From positions 64,001-128,000 of IMG/VR virus record IMGVR_UViG_3300028832_000003: a DNA stretch of 64,000 nt; one strand, written 5' to 3'. The DNA comes from a virus. Its lineage: Duplodnaviria > Heunggongvirae > Uroviricota > Caudoviricetes. Both the position numbers and the translations under genes were made by a program. Below the pieces are notes generated by a model. The model worked only from the letters and a program-made list of their open reading frames with translations, was not told the origin of the DNA and did no database searches. Each line of letters starts with the position of its first letter. Positions within the stretch are counted from its first letter, which is position 1. This document shows positions 1 through 11,179 of the stretch, one piece after another.

Positions 1-3000
1 ATCTTATTGACTTCTTCGCCACCTTCTCCCATGAGTTTCGTAAGGTCAACAGCACCATTCTTAATTTTGTCTTGTAAGTCTGCATCAAGTTTTGCAAGCT
101 CTTTATTTGCTTGATCCTCATACATGATAAGAGCGGAAGAGTAATCCTTGATTTCCTCGGACACAATTCCAATCTTTCCGGCAATGAGAATATTTTTAGA
201 CATAGAGCCATTGACATTTTCAAGGCTAGCATCGAGTTTGTTAAGTGCCTGATCTATTACTTCAATACGACGCTCGAAGAAGTCGAAGAGTTCTTCGTAA
301 TCATTCTTCGTTGAATCCGCATCAGCTAATTTGTCATAATTAAGATCAAATGTATCAAGGTCAAGCCCAACCTTTTTCATTTCTTCTATAGTCTTTACAA
401 TCGGATTAACTTTGTATGCTACTATATTAGCATATTCATTTCCAGACATTGCTCCAGCATTTAACTGCTCAAGCTTATCGTTGCCCCATTTATCTTTAAC
501 GGATTGCTCAGAATATATATCATAATATTGTGCAACAATTTCCAATTCCTTTATTGCTTCTTCTTTTGTCATTCCGAACTGTTGCATTAACCTATCCTTA
601 AACATGTTAAGTTTGGCTTCTTCATATGTATGATATTTTGACAAATCAAATTTATATAATTCGTTTATCTTTTTAATAAATGCGTCGTTGTTTTTAATTT
701 TTGTTGTGTAATAATCTTCATCTAGTTTTACCTTTTCAATATAAGCATCTCTATATTGTTCAAAATCTTTCTTTCTATATTCTTGAAGAGCAGTATAGAT
801 TTCTTCAACAGAAGTAACGCCAGAATAATATCCGACAACAAGAGTATTTAATTCATCACTTAATCCTGCGACAGATGATAAAACTGATTCAGAAATTTGA
901 TTGTTTTTCATTGCTTCTTCAAATTCTCTTAATACAGATGTACTGTTCTTAATATCTGAAAAAGCATCTTTTAATTCTTTTCCTGCACGTTTGGCAGTAA
1001 CTTCAATTTCTTTCAGTACTTGTAATATTCCAACTTTCTCTTTTTGAATATTAAACCACTGATCGGTTGTTATTTTACCTTCTTTTGCATGTTCAATAAT
1101 TAAAGAAAATGTATCATCAAATTGTTTTTGTAATTCATCACTTAAACCATCTTTTTTAATTTGTTCGAGAATATCGTTATATTGTTGATATAATAATATT
1201 TCTTCATTATCTTCATCTAATCCAATTGTTACTTTTACTTTATCAAACAACTCATCAACAACTTGTTGCAAATCACCAGCATTGTCAGAAGTGATATCAA
1301 CATCAAATTCTGTTTTTATTTTTAATTTATCTTCATTTGTTAAAGTATTATCTCTGATTTTTGTCAAATATTCTTCTATTGAACTGAGACTTGATTGATA
1401 ATCATTAATTGCATTCGCTTGTGATTCTGTAAATTTTCCGTTATATTTTGTTGTATTAACTATCTTTGCATAATGTAAAAAGGCATCCTCTAAATTACCA
1501 TATTCTTCAATTAAATTTAATAACAAAACTAATTCGTCTTGAGTATTAACAGAGTTTTCTTTTACGAAATTTTCATATTGATTAAGCCATTCAGAGCCTA
1601 TTGTCTTTGTATATCCAGTACCACTTTCGTATTTTTCTATGAAACCATTTGATGCTGATGCTGCCTTATTCATTATGGCATAATAGTTTGACATTAATGA
1701 ATCTGTATCAAAACCAAGCGCAATTCTAATTGTATTTTCATCAATTCCTAATGCTTCTGAAAGACTTGTTATTAATGCATCAACTTGAGGAACTAGTTCT
1801 TTAATTGCCAAGTCTTTATCTTCAAGTCTAATAAGTTGAACTAAATCAATTTGGGCATTTTTGTCGTTAGCTATCTTATCAAGAATATCTGCAACATAAT
1901 TTCCAACATCATCAGAAGTTTTATGTTGTAATGCTGTTTCTATGTCTATTCCGTTTATTATACGAGAAACGGCATTTTGCACGCTCGAATCTAATTCTTT
2001 ATAATTTTCGTCTAAATGCATCCATGCATTTGCAAGGCTTCTATATTTTGTTAAATTCTGTTGTGTTTCCTGATTTAATTGTCTATACAAATTCTTAGCA
2101 GCTAATTGGGCTTTTATTAAATTCGCTTCTGTATAAACAAAATCTCCATCAACATATTCTTTCCCAAAACCAGTTTCGCTTGCAAGGTATGTCTGTGCAA
2201 AATTAATTAATCTCCCGGATTGCGGATCTTTATATTTATATTTTGCATTATCAAAAATTTTATCAAAATCATCTGGATTTGACATCTCTAAAAACTCTTT
2301 AAGTAGTTCTGCTTCGTCAAGTTTCGAAAGAACCTTCTGCCTGCCAACTACATATGATTTTTCGCTCATTCGATTGAGTTGTTCGACAATATCATTACCA
2401 GATGTGTCTTGCCCAGTTGTTACCAACAAAGTGTATGCCGCCTCTTGTGCATCAAGATATGCTTGTCTTAATTCTTCAACACCATCTTTTAGATTAATTA
2501 TCGCATTCCCTTCACTAGTCCAACCATCCACCATTGTTGGGAACATGTCTGCTATTTGATTAACAACTTTATTATACTGACTAAATTCATCTTCGGTTAA
2601 CGAAATGTTTCTGCCAAGAGAATCAACACCTTTGGATAGTTCTTCATATTTTGGAATTAAACCTTCGATAGTTTCTTTATATGAATTTGCCTCATCAATG
2701 GCTTCTTTGTATTTACTAATAGTATTTTCAACAGATTCTGCAAGTTCTTCATCTGTTTTAATTAATATGTCAATTAATTCTGTTAGTCCACGGATTGCAA
2801 GACTTATACCAATGCCAATTGCAGCATTAAGTGCAACATTTAAGGCAGATGTAGCTATTGTCGCTGCTTTTGATTTATCCGCATATTGGTCTATGTTACT
2901 AGAAAGATTTTTACTATTGACTATAGCATCTCTCGTAGCAGAGTTCATATTTTTTTGGTTTGTTAATAAGAACTGATCAGTATATATCTTTCTTTGCTCT

Positions 3001-6000
3001 ATGTCATCAATTTTACTTAAACCATCAGCATATGTTTTTAATGTATTGACATCTGCTTTCTCAAAAAGTTTTCCAATACCATTTGTGAATCCATTATTAA
3101 ATATTCCAACATTCTTAAATCCAAGAAAAGCTCCTATGCCAGCACTTAAAGTGCCACCAAGCCCTCCAAGTTTTGTTATGTTGTTTACAAAATTTATAAC
3201 CGCATTACCAGCTTCTACAAAGAATTTAATTAAATCAGAACTAACAAGAGTCTGAGATAGTTCTTCTATACTTGCTTTTGTCTTGTCAATTGAATATTGA
3301 ATTGACTGTTGATATCTTTCTTGCTCTCGCATAGCAGACCCTTCAGCATCTTCTGCGGTTTGATATGCTTTTTCAAGAGTATCGATGTTATTAAGAACGG
3401 CATATAAACCATTCGCCATTCTCTTTCCAGCCAAAGCTTCTCCTAAAGAAGCCCTTTCAATATCTGTTAAGTTTTGCCATTCTTTTCCAATTCCAACCAT
3501 AATCTCATATAAATCTTTATATGTATTATTGTCTTTCATAATGTCAAAACCAGTTAAACTCTTAACAAGACCACGAAGTTTTGATGTAGACTCAGTATAC
3601 TCGTCTTGCTCCTCATTAAGTTCTTCTAATTCTGTTTTCGAACCACGAATTCTTGCAGACATTGTTTTCCAAAGGTTACCAACAACCTGCGGATCTTGTA
3701 ATACTGTATTTGTCGTCGTTACAAGTGCAACAGATTTTTGAAGGTCTGTATTCGCAGCATTAAATGATGCAGCACTCCTCTTAAGGGCCTCACCAATTCC
3801 ACCAGAACTAATTGCAAAATTGTTTGATACCTCATTAAATACATCAATAATGTGTATTGCATCTTTGGCTTCCATTTGAAAACCTTGAAGCGTAGAAATA
3901 AGAGACTCGTTTGCCGTACTTATGTCAATTCCGTCACCAACATTCTTATAAATAAGGGCAACTCTTGCAAGTTCTTTGCTGTCCGGTAAATTATAACCCA
4001 TCCTTGCCCAGTCAGCAGTTGCGGCAATTGTATCTGTAATTGTTCCACCAACTTCTTTTGCGGTATCAGCATAAGACTTAAAATCTTTCTCAAGTTCTTT
4101 AATGGAATGATCTGATACTTTCGCCAACTCTGTAAATTGTGTATTAAGTTGAATTACATTCTGTCCAATCATTTTTGCATATCGCATTATATCTCTAAAA
4201 CTGAAATAAGATGCAATCTGTTGGGCAAATGTGTAAAAGACTTTATTTTTAAGTGTTCTTATAAAACCGGATCCAGCTTTGTTTGCACGATCTATTTCTG
4301 TTTGAATGTTGAAAAATGCCTTTTGAATTTCTTGTAATTTGATATCACTTATTTCTGGATTTTGTGCTTCAGTCATTAAAGCAATAATCTCATTTCTTTT
4401 GCCTTTTCCAATCCTTGTGTTATAATTAACATATTCTTGCATCTGCTGGATAATGCTCGCTGCACGAACAGAGTTTGCACGCTTTGGTATCTCAGATAAT
4501 TTACCAAATAAATCCGTTATTTCATTTTCTAATGCAGTTACTTCTTGAACTTGATTCTCGTTTGTAATATCAAGTTTATAATCTTGTAATAAAACAAGTT
4601 TATTCTGTATATCATTTAATACATCATTATATTCATTCAAATATTTTAAGGAATTCTTACTCTTACTTACCCTATCAAAATCCCTTTGAAATTTATCTAA
4701 TGGTCTTGTGTATATTTCTCTATAGTTTTCTTCATTTTTCTTTTTATCAAACAAATAATTTTCTAAGTCTGCATCTTTATACATCTTTTCCCAATTATAT
4801 TTTTGTTCATTATTTGTTTCTTCTTTTTTTGTTTCTTTTCTTGTTCCTAAAACATTACTATTGCTAGGATTTTTAATTGCATTGGATTCTTTTTTGAATT
4901 CATCTGTTTTTTCTCTTACTGCGCTAGTAACATTTTCAACCGATTCTTTTAACTCTGTTAACTTATCTTTTTCAGATGCTACAACTCTATTTACTATTTT
5001 TTCTTCATTTGTAAAGGCAGTATTTTTCTTTCCTATTCTCTTAGATGTTTCTTTGAGGGCATCATTAAGTTCATTAACTTTTGATATTTCGCCATCTATT
5101 CTATCTTGATTGTTTATATTAAAATCAGTATCTATTTTTACTGTTTCTCCAATAAGTCTATTTGTAACTTTCTGAGAGAACCCCTCCGAATCAAATTCTC
5201 CTTCAGAAAGTGGCTCAACTGGGATCTGAGCGGGAGAGAACTGAATTTGCTCAGAAACTGATTCTGCAAATTTTGATGGTTCATTTATTTCTGGTTGTAC
5301 AGAAATGGTGGCGTTCCATCCGTTGAGAAATTGTGTTGTTTCTGTAACGAATAAATTTGGATCATCAACATTTGGTTTAACATTAACTTTTGCAAATTCA
5401 TCCTTAATATTATCAGTAATTTCATCTACAAATTCATTTGGATTTAAAATTGGCTTTACTTTAATAAGAGTAGGAGATAATCTATCCGGAAGTTGTTCTT
5501 GAAATTCTTCTGTTCCCAACCCATTCTGCGTATTTGATTGTTTATTTATTCTATCAAAATCATATCCCAACTCTTCTAAATACACATGTGCTTTTGGAAG
5601 TGTTGCGAGAAAATCATTCCATTCGTCTGACTTAACAAAATCTTTTGCTGCACCATATGACATGAATTTATCTTTAAATTTTTCAAGTTCTGGATACTTT
5701 TCTAGTATATGATCAATCCACTTTGTTTGATCATCTATATCTCTTTGTTCTGTTAAAGTCTTTAGTTCAATTGTGGAATCAACCAAATCTAATAACTTAG
5801 CAGATAAATTTTTAACATAATCTCTACTGTCAGACAATGCCTCATTTAATGAATGTCTAAGTGATTCACTTTGGGATTCAATGTTTTTAATTTCTTGTTC
5901 TATACCATAAAACTCAGTAGATACTTTGTCTATGTTCAATCCCAAACGATCTTCTGCAACCTTATCGAAGCGCTTTATGTCTTTATAATCATAATGATTT

Positions 6001-9000
6001 TGTAAATACTCATTCGGATGACCATTAAAATACATCATAGATTTGTTTATTTCATGTCCATTCTCACTACGTATAGCAGTGATTTTTGATGCAAAATAAT
6101 CAGCAAGTTTATTTAACTCCTCAATCTTTGCTTTCGTTTCTTCTGTCTCTGGTTCAATCTTAAGCTTGTCAATTTCTTTTAATGTATTTTCATAGTTTTC
6201 AAGCATCACAAGATTTTGTTGAATTTCATTATCAAATTCTTGAGTAGGAGAAAAAGATGAAGTCAGAATTATGTTATCACTTTGTAATTCATTAAATGCT
6301 TCTGATAATTCAATAACTTTTTCTTTTAACGAATCTATGTCTTGTTTTGTCTCGTTGGTTCTATTCTTTAATTCATCTAATTCGTTGTTTATATTATCCA
6401 ATCCATCTATGTTCCTAGTATTATTAAAAGACTCCATAATACCACTAATTTCTTCTTTTATTGCATTTAACGAATCTACTACATCACTTAATGTCGCCGT
6501 CGAAAACCCATACTTTTCAAGAAATTCATTTTTATCTGATGTTTTTTTTAAATTATATGTATGAGTATAGTTTCCTAAAAAATCATTGATTCCAAAACTA
6601 TTTTCCAACACATAATTATTCAAATGATTGTATATATCTTGTTGTGTAACTTGTCCAAATTTCAATTTTAAAACACTAAATAGCCGTTCTTCTTCAATAT
6701 CAGATAGATTATTGTCTTTTACTATTTTATTTATAAAATCATCATATTGTTCACTTATATCTTTTTTATTATTATTTTCATCGGTTATTTGCTTTAAAAA
6801 ATCCTCTGTATATGTCGGAATCTGATCCTTTAATTTATTATAAAGATCATTATGTGTCGATTCTAATAGTGAAATATTGAAAATTCCACCAAGAGATTCG
6901 TGTGCATTAAACACTATTTTTTTATATACTGAACTCTTTTTATTTTGTGTTATTTCCTCTAAATCTCTTGCAAATTTCTTATAAAAATCTTCTTTAACTT
7001 TTTCTATTTCTCCTTTTGAGTTTTTTCTTTCACTTTCGTAATCAGCTTTTTCAATTTTGTCACGAAAAGCTTCAAAGAATTTTTTTGTAAAAACAACTTG
7101 AACGCTTTCGATTCCTCCAATAAGCTGTTCCTCTATGTCAAAGAATTTACTGTCATAATCATTATCTTGTAAAAAAGAGGCAAGATCTCCCTTTTTATAT
7201 TCACCATTTTCTATTCTTGGAAAACTCATTGCCGCTCTTTTATCACCAGAATGAGAATGATATCCATATTTTATCTTTTCACCACTTCGCACTGCTATAC
7301 GTTTTGCATCGTCATATACTAAAGATGTATTTACTCCGCTTTTATCCCCATGCAAAAACGGAGTAGTTAATAAACCGTTAGATGTAGCAAACCATCCATG
7401 TTCATATAAACCATTATGACCCTTCATTATTTCGTCAGCATGTAATTGATCTAGTATAATGTTAGCCATATCTACGTAATCTTTTCCAATACTATTAGCG
7501 GCCGATATAGATATTTGTGGAAGTAATGAATCTATTTTATCTCCAATATCAACAAGTTTTTGTGCTATTGGAGCCAAATCCTCGCATATTGAAGATAATC
7601 CCTTATCTACCTCGTCAATTGCATCTATAATTTTATTAATATTTTCTGTAGTTTTTTCATTATCATGTGGCAAATTTATTATTTCTGTTTTTATTCCTTC
7701 CAACAATCCTGTTATTTTGGATATATCCTCATTTGAGATTCCAGCTCCAATAGGTACATTTGGATTTTTTGTAACAGCTTCCGCTGTTGTTGCACCAACT
7801 CTCTGAGCATTTCCGGCAGATCCATAGTTTTCTGCATTTTGTTGTACAGTGACCTCTTTAAATGCGTCAATTATTGTTTCTTTTAAAGATGTAACCTGTT
7901 GGGAATATGTCATTCTCATACCATTCCCTTCAAAGCGTTTCCTCGTTGTTGCATCAAGTTTTAAATCATTTATGTTTCCACCTAAAGAAATGTATCCCTG
8001 AATATAACCAACCAAGTCTTTTATTTTTTCAAAATTCTTTTCTGTTACAGCCACTTCTTTTACATCACTATCATTAAGCAGTCTTTCTATATTCTCTTTT
8101 GCTTTTTCAATACTCTGATAATATCTCATTACTCCATCGACTGCCTGCTCTATTTTTTCATCTGATTTTTTTTTACCAAATGAACCCAAAGAAATTTTTG
8201 TTCTTTTTTTACTTTGTGGTGCATTTTCTTCTTGCATAAGAAATGTTCTTCCGACTTCCATATATCTATCATGAACTGACTCTGCTTTTTTTGCGGCCAT
8301 GCCAGTTGCCATATAAATCATTTCATCATAAATATCAGCAATATCTTTTTCTAATTTGTCTGTAAGTTTTTTTACAACAGCATCAACGGTATTTGTTAAT
8401 CCTCTTGTTTCCACTGTACTTGCTTCGTTTGAAATCTGATTTAATACAAAATTTCCTTTTCTTTGTTCAAAGCCATCTTCAAAAGCATCTTTTAAATCTT
8501 TTGTAAATTTTTTTGCGAAATCTTTTGTTGTATCAGATTTTCCAAATATATTATTAAAATCGTTTGTAATTGCATTTCTAAATCCACTTAACACAGGATT
8601 TTTTGTTTCTATGTCTTTTAACTCTTTCAGAATAGAAATAATTTCGATTTGCTGTGTTACCATTTCCTCAGTACCATTATCATGTTTTTCTTGTGATACT
8701 TTTTGGTAAGATGCAATCAAATCGGCATATTTTCTAGCCGCATCTAACATTTCTAATTGCGCACTCTGATCTTTTGGTGCATATTTCGAATCTTGTGCAA
8801 TACGCTCTGATGTATACCCTTTTACAGTTTCCAATATTTTTTCTCTTTTATCTGATTTATTTCCAATAGATTTTAATGTATCTATATCACGTGCTTTAGA
8901 TGCCGCATTATTTTGTATAATAAGTTTATTTTCTTTTGCTATAATATCTTTTCTTTGTTGTTCTTTTTGTAATATTTCATCTTGTTTTTTTAGAAGCTTA

Positions 9001-9338
9001 TCAAGATTTTTAATGTTAAGTTCGTTTAATAATCCATTAATACCAGATTTAGTTTCTATTTTTCTTAGGAAATCAGATTTTTGTTCAAGTCTATTCATCG
9101 CATCGCTAATCTTATCACTATCACCAGATGCTTCTGAAAACTCCTTAAAAAAATCTGAAAAGATACCGCCAAGTTGCATTACACGCTGTCCGTCTTGTGT
9201 AATTTTCTTGAATAAATTTTCCATTCTTTCTGAAATTTCGTTTGAATATGCATCAGAAACGGCTCGTGCAGACTCAACCGCACCTGCCACTAAATCTTTT
9301 TTATTTATTCTAAATTTTATTTGTAATGGTTCTTCCAT
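1..9338 (-). CDS. Tail tape measure protein (>3100 aa, C-terminus runs off the window)
   Basis: ATG at 9338 after GGAGG RBS. The ORF track lists no minus-strand ORF here, consistent with one frame running off the edge. TP901-type TMP core near 3000-4150 (TELAKVSD...TADWARMGY...STLQGF...DVFNEVSNNFAISSGGIGEALKRSAA...GNLWKTMSARIRG). Confidence 0.9.
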   Translation of the reverse strand, partial: MEEPLQIKFRINKKDLVAGAVESARAVSDAYSNEISERMENLFKKITQDGQRVMQLGGIFSDFFKEFSEASGDSDKISDAMNRLEQKSDFLRKIETKSGINGLLNELNIKNLDKLLKKQDEILQKEQQRKDIIAKENKLIIQNNAASKARDIDTLKSIGNKSDKREKILETVKGYTSERIAQDSKYAPKDQSAQLEMLDAARKYADLIASYQKVSQEKHDNGTEEMVTQQIEIISILKELKDIETKNPVLSGFRNAITNDFNNIFGKSDTTKDFAKKFTKDLKDAFEDGFEQRKGNFVLNQISNEASTVETRGLTNTVDAVVKKLTDKLEKDIADIYDEMIYMATGMAAKKAESVHDRYMEVGRTFLMQEENAPQSKKRTKISLGSFGKKKSDEKIEQAVDGVMRYYQSIEKAKENIERLLNDSDVKEVAVTEKNFEKIKDLVGYIQGYISLGGNINDLKLDATTRKRFEGNGMRMTYSQQVTSLKETIIDAFKEVTVQQNAENYGSAGNAQRVGATTAEAVTKNPNVPIGAGISNEDISKITGLLEGIKTEIINLPHDNEKTTENINKIIDAIDEVDKGLSSICEDLAPIAQKLVDIGDKIDSLLPQISISAANSIGKDYVDMANIILDQLHADEIMKGHNGLYEHGWFATSNGLLTTPFLHGDKSGVNTSLVYDDAKRIAVRSGEKIKYGYHSHSGDKRAAMSFPRIENGEYKKGDLASFLQDNDYDSKFFDIEEQLIGGIESVQVVFTKKFFEAFRDKIEKADYESERKNSKGEIEKVKEDFYKKFARDLEEITQNKKSSVYKKIVFNAHESLGGIFNISLLESTHNDLYNKLKDQIPTYTEDFLKQITDENNNKKDISEQYDDFINKIVKDNNLSDIEEERLFSVLKLKFGQVTQQDIYNHLNNYVLENSFGINDFLGNYTHTYNLKKTSDKNEFLEKYGFSTATLSDVVDSLNAIKEEISGIMESFNNTRNIDGLDNINNELDELKNRTNETKQDIDSLKEKVIELSEAFNELQSDNIILTSSFSPTQEFDNEIQQNLVMLENYENTLKEIDKLKIEPETEETKAKIEELNKLADYFASKITAIRSENGHEINKSMMYFNGHPNEYLQNHYDYKDIKRFDKVAEDRLGLNIDKVSTEFYGIEQEIKNIESQSESLRHSLNEALSDSRDYVKNLSAKLLDLVDSTIELKTLTEQRDIDDQTKWIDHILEKYPELEKFKDKFMSYGAAKDFVKSDEWNDFLATLPKAHVYLEELGYDFDRINKQSNTQNGLGTEEFQEQLPDRLSPTLIKVKPILNPNEFVDEITDNIKDEFAKVNVKPNVDDPNLFVTETTQFLNGWNATISVQPEINEPSKFAESVSEQIQFSPAQIPVEPLSEGEFDSEGFSQKVTNRLIGETVKIDTDFNINNQDRIDGEISKVNELNDALKETSKRIGKKNTAFTNEEKIVNRVVASEKDKLTELKESVENVTSAVREKTDEFKKESNAIKNPSNSNVLGTRKETKKEETNNEQKYNWEKMYKDADLENYLFDKKKNEENYREIYTRPLDKFQRDFDRVSKSKNSLKYLNEYNDVLNDIQNKLVLLQDYKLDITNENQVQEVTALENEITDLFGKLSEIPKRANSVRAASIIQQMQEYVNYNTRIGKGKRNEIIALMTEAQNPEISDIKLQEIQKAFFNIQTEIDRANKAGSGFIRTLKNKVFYTFAQQIASYFSFRDIMRYAKMIGQNVIQLNTQFTELAKVSDHSIKELEKDFKSYADTAKEVGGTITDTIAATADWARMGYNLPDSKELARVALIYKNVGDGIDISTANESLISTLQGFQMEAKDAIHIIDVFNEVSNNFAISSGGIGEALKRSAASFNAANTDLQKSVALVTTTNTVLQDPQVVGNLWKTMSARIRGSKTELEELNEEQDEYTESTSKLRGLVKSLTGFDIMKDNNTYKDLYEIMVGIGKEWQNLTDIERASLGEALAGKRMANGLYAVLNNIDTLEKAYQTAEDAEGSAMREQERYQQSIQYSIDKTKASIEELSQTLVSSDLIKFFVEAGNAVINFVNNITKLGGLGGTLSAGIGAFLGFKNVGIFNNGFTNGIGKLFEKADVNTLKTYADGLSKIDDIEQRKIYTDQFLLTNQKNMNSATRDAIVNSKNLSSNIDQYADKSKAATIATSALNVALNAAIGIGISLAIRGLTELIDILIKTDEELAESVENTISKYKEAIDEANSYKETIEGLIPKYEELSKGVDSLGRNISLTEDEFSQYNKVVNQIADMFPTMVDGWTSEGNAIINLKDGVEELRQAYLDAQEAAYTLLVTTGQDTSGNDIVEQLNRMSEKSYVVGRQKVLSKLDEAELLKEFLEMSNPDDFDKIFDNAKYKYKDPQSGRLINFAQTYLASETGFGKEYVDGDFVYTEANLIKAQLAAKNLYRQLNQETQQNLTKYRSLANAWMHLDENYKELDSSVQNAVSRIINGIDIETALQHKTSDDVGNYVADILDKIANDKNAQIDLVQLIRLEDKDLAIKELVPQVDALITSLSEALGIDENTIRIALGFDTDSLMSNYYAIMNKAASASNGFIEKYESGTGYTKTIGSEWLNQYENFVKENSVNTQDELVLLLNLIEEYGNLEDAFLHYAKIVNTTKYNGKFTESQANAINDYQSSLSSIEEYLTKIRDNTLTNEDKLKIKTEFDVDITSDNAGDLQQVVDELFDKVKVTIGLDEDNEEILLYQQYNDILEQIKKDGLSDELQKQFDDTFSLIIEHAKEGKITTDQWFNIQKEKVGILQVLKEIEVTAKRAGKELKDAFSDIKNSTSVLREFEEAMKNNQISESVLSSVAGLSDELNTLVVGYYSGVTSVEEIYTALQEYRKKDFEQYRDAYIEKVKLDEDYYTTKIKNNDAFIKKINELYKFDLSKYHTYEEAKLNMFKDRLMQQFGMTKEEAIKELEIVAQYYDIYSEQSVKDKWGNDKLEQLNAGAMSGNEYANIVAYKVNPIVKTIEEMKKVGLDLDTFDLNYDKLADADSTKNDYEELFDFFERRIEVIDQALNKLDASLENVNGSMSKNILIAGKIGIVSEEIKDYSSALIMYEDQANKELAKLDADLQDKIKNGAVDLTKLMGEGGEEVNK

Positions 9339-9354
9339 ATTGTTAATCGCCTCC

Positions 9355-9903
9355 TTATCCAACCTCAACTATAAATCTATCTGCTAATTCTTTTCGTAAT
9401 TCTTTTTTATATCTGTTTATATAGTTCCAAATACTTCCATCTTGTCCTATTGGAGTATTGAAACCACTAATAAATCTTACTGGAATCCCACCATAGTCTT
9501 CTGATGGTAATCCATGCCACCCACGCAAAAACGAAGACAACACCATATCATATGTACCATGATAATGTTCTCCAGTCATATATTTTGTAGATATTCTAAT
9601 TCCACCAATATATGTGTTTTTACTTTTAGATGTAGAAGTAAAACTTTTAAATGTATGTCCTAAACCAGATATCAAAATACTTCTGTCGGAGTATACATAA
9701 TTAAAGTTTCTATCATAATATCTAGGATAGTTTGTGTATCCACCGCTGTCACTACGAAAAACTTCCTCCATATAAAACTCTTTAATTATCTTCATATATT
9801 CTTTTTTGAGAGATTCGCTTGCTTCAATCGAAAGTTCTTTCGCTTTTTTTCTCGCAGCTTCTAAAAGTTTTTTTTCAAACTCTTTTGATAATGATGTAGC
9901 CAT
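9355..9903 (-). CDS. Hypothetical tail-region protein
   Basis: ORF with GGAGG RBS before MATSLSK; lies directly upstream of the TMP. Confidence 0.7.
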   Translation of the reverse strand: MATSLSKEFEKKLLEAARKKAKELSIEASESLKKEYMKIIKEFYMEEVFRSDSGGYTNYPRYYDRNFNYVYSDRSILISGLGHTFKSFTSTSKSKNTYIGGIRISTKYMTGEHYHGTYDMVLSSFLRGWHGLPSEDYGGIPVRFISGFNTPIGQDGSIWNYINRYKKELRKELADRFIVEVG

Positions 9904-9999
9904 CGCTTTTACCTCCTTCTTCAAATAATAACAAAATAAAAAGCCCCGTAAGCTGTGACACCTACGAAGCCTAGTGGGAGAGTAGTGCTCCCTAATAAA

Positions 10000-10266
10000 C
10001 TATTTTATTCTCAAATATTGTTCATAATATTTGTTATAATCTATCCAACTATATCTATATTTTTTAATATCTATAATTCTACTTATAGGATTACCGAACA
10101 TTAAAATATGAACGGATGCAAAAATTTCTTCAAAATAATCTTCTATAAATGAAAACAATATTCCTTCGTATATCAATATATTCCATATGTTCCATGCATC
10201 ATAATTATCTTTTAATATAGAATCAATAGCATTATTAATTTCAAAAAATTTTTCTTTTACCATCAA
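10000..10266 (-). CDS. Hypothetical protein (AT-rich accessory)
   Basis: 88-aa ORF, co-oriented, RBS-like GGTAGG. Confidence 0.5.
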   Translation of the reverse strand: MMVKEKFFEINNAIDSILKDNYDAWNIWNILIYEGILFSFIEDYFEEIFASVHILMFGNPISRIIDIKKYRYSWIDYNKYYEQYLRIK

Positions 10267-10295
10267 TATTTTTACCTACCATTAAAATTTTCTTT

Positions 10296-10520
10296 TTATA
10301 TGTTAATTTTGTCATCTTTAGAAACACAATTATTTGTCCACATAATCAGTTTATTTACCTTGTTAGTATATGCACCATATCTTTCAAATATATCATTAAA
10401 TGATAAATCATATCCAAAATCATGCTTAATTACATCTAACACAACTTTTTGCGATTCTTCTTCGGTTTCTCCTAATCCAACAATATTCCAATTTTCAGTG
10501 GTTAAACTTGTCTGATACAT
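10296..10520 (-). CDS. Hypothetical protein
   Basis: 74-aa ORF with AAAGGA RBS. Confidence 0.6.
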   Translation of the reverse strand: MYQTSLTTENWNIVGLGETEEESQKVVLDVIKHDFGYDLSFNDIFERYGAYTNKVNKLIMWTNNCVSKDDKINI

Positions 10521-10547
10521 AATTATCCATCCTTTCTAATAAAAGTC

Positions 10548-11177
10548 TTATTTCATTACGCAGTACCATCCCGGAAGCCCTTCAATTTCTTGAGCATCCT
10601 TGCCGATAATAAATTCTTTTTCTAATTTTCTTTCAACAGCACCATCAATTGTAACCCTATGAATACTTGGAATGTCTGCTAAAACTCCGTCTTTGATAAT
10701 TTTACCAAGACTAATAGGAGTGTAATTACAAACATTCGCAGCAAGATTGATATGTTTGCATCCTTCCTTATAAGGTTCAACTCCATTATGATCATGTCCG
10801 TGAATATTCAAACACCACTGTAAGCCATACACTGGTTCATGGGAAAGCAATATTTTCTCCGCAATAAATAAAGGCCCAGTGTATATCTCGTCAAACACGT
10901 TAACATATTTTCCACGGGTGTCATGATTACCAAGCAATAAAATCTTTTTCCGGGCTTTAATCATTGGGATATATTTTGGATCACCAACATCTCCAAGACA
11001 CACAAATGTATCATTTTTGGCAACAGTCTTATTAATAATGTCAATTTGTTCCTCTGGAGTAATCCAGTATGGAGACATCAATTTACAATCTTTATCATCA
11101 AAATGCGTGTCCGATAAAATATAAACACTGCCACTGTCAGACCAGTGTCTGAACGGTTCGTATAAAGTAGCAATCAT
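10548..11177 (-). CDS. Calcineurin-like metallophosphoesterase
   Basis: Motifs SDTH, LGDV, GNHD, SHEP, HGHDH. Confidence 0.85.
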   Translation of the reverse strand: MIATLYEPFRHWSDSGSVYILSDTHFDDKDCKLMSPYWITPEEQIDIINKTVAKNDTFVCLGDVGDPKYIPMIKARKKILLLGNHDTRGKYVNVFDEIYTGPLFIAEKILLSHEPVYGLQWCLNIHGHDHNGVEPYKEGCKHINLAANVCNYTPISLGKIIKDGVLADIPSIHRVTIDGAVERKLEKEFIIGKDAQEIEGLPGWYCVMK

Positions 11178-11179
11178 AA

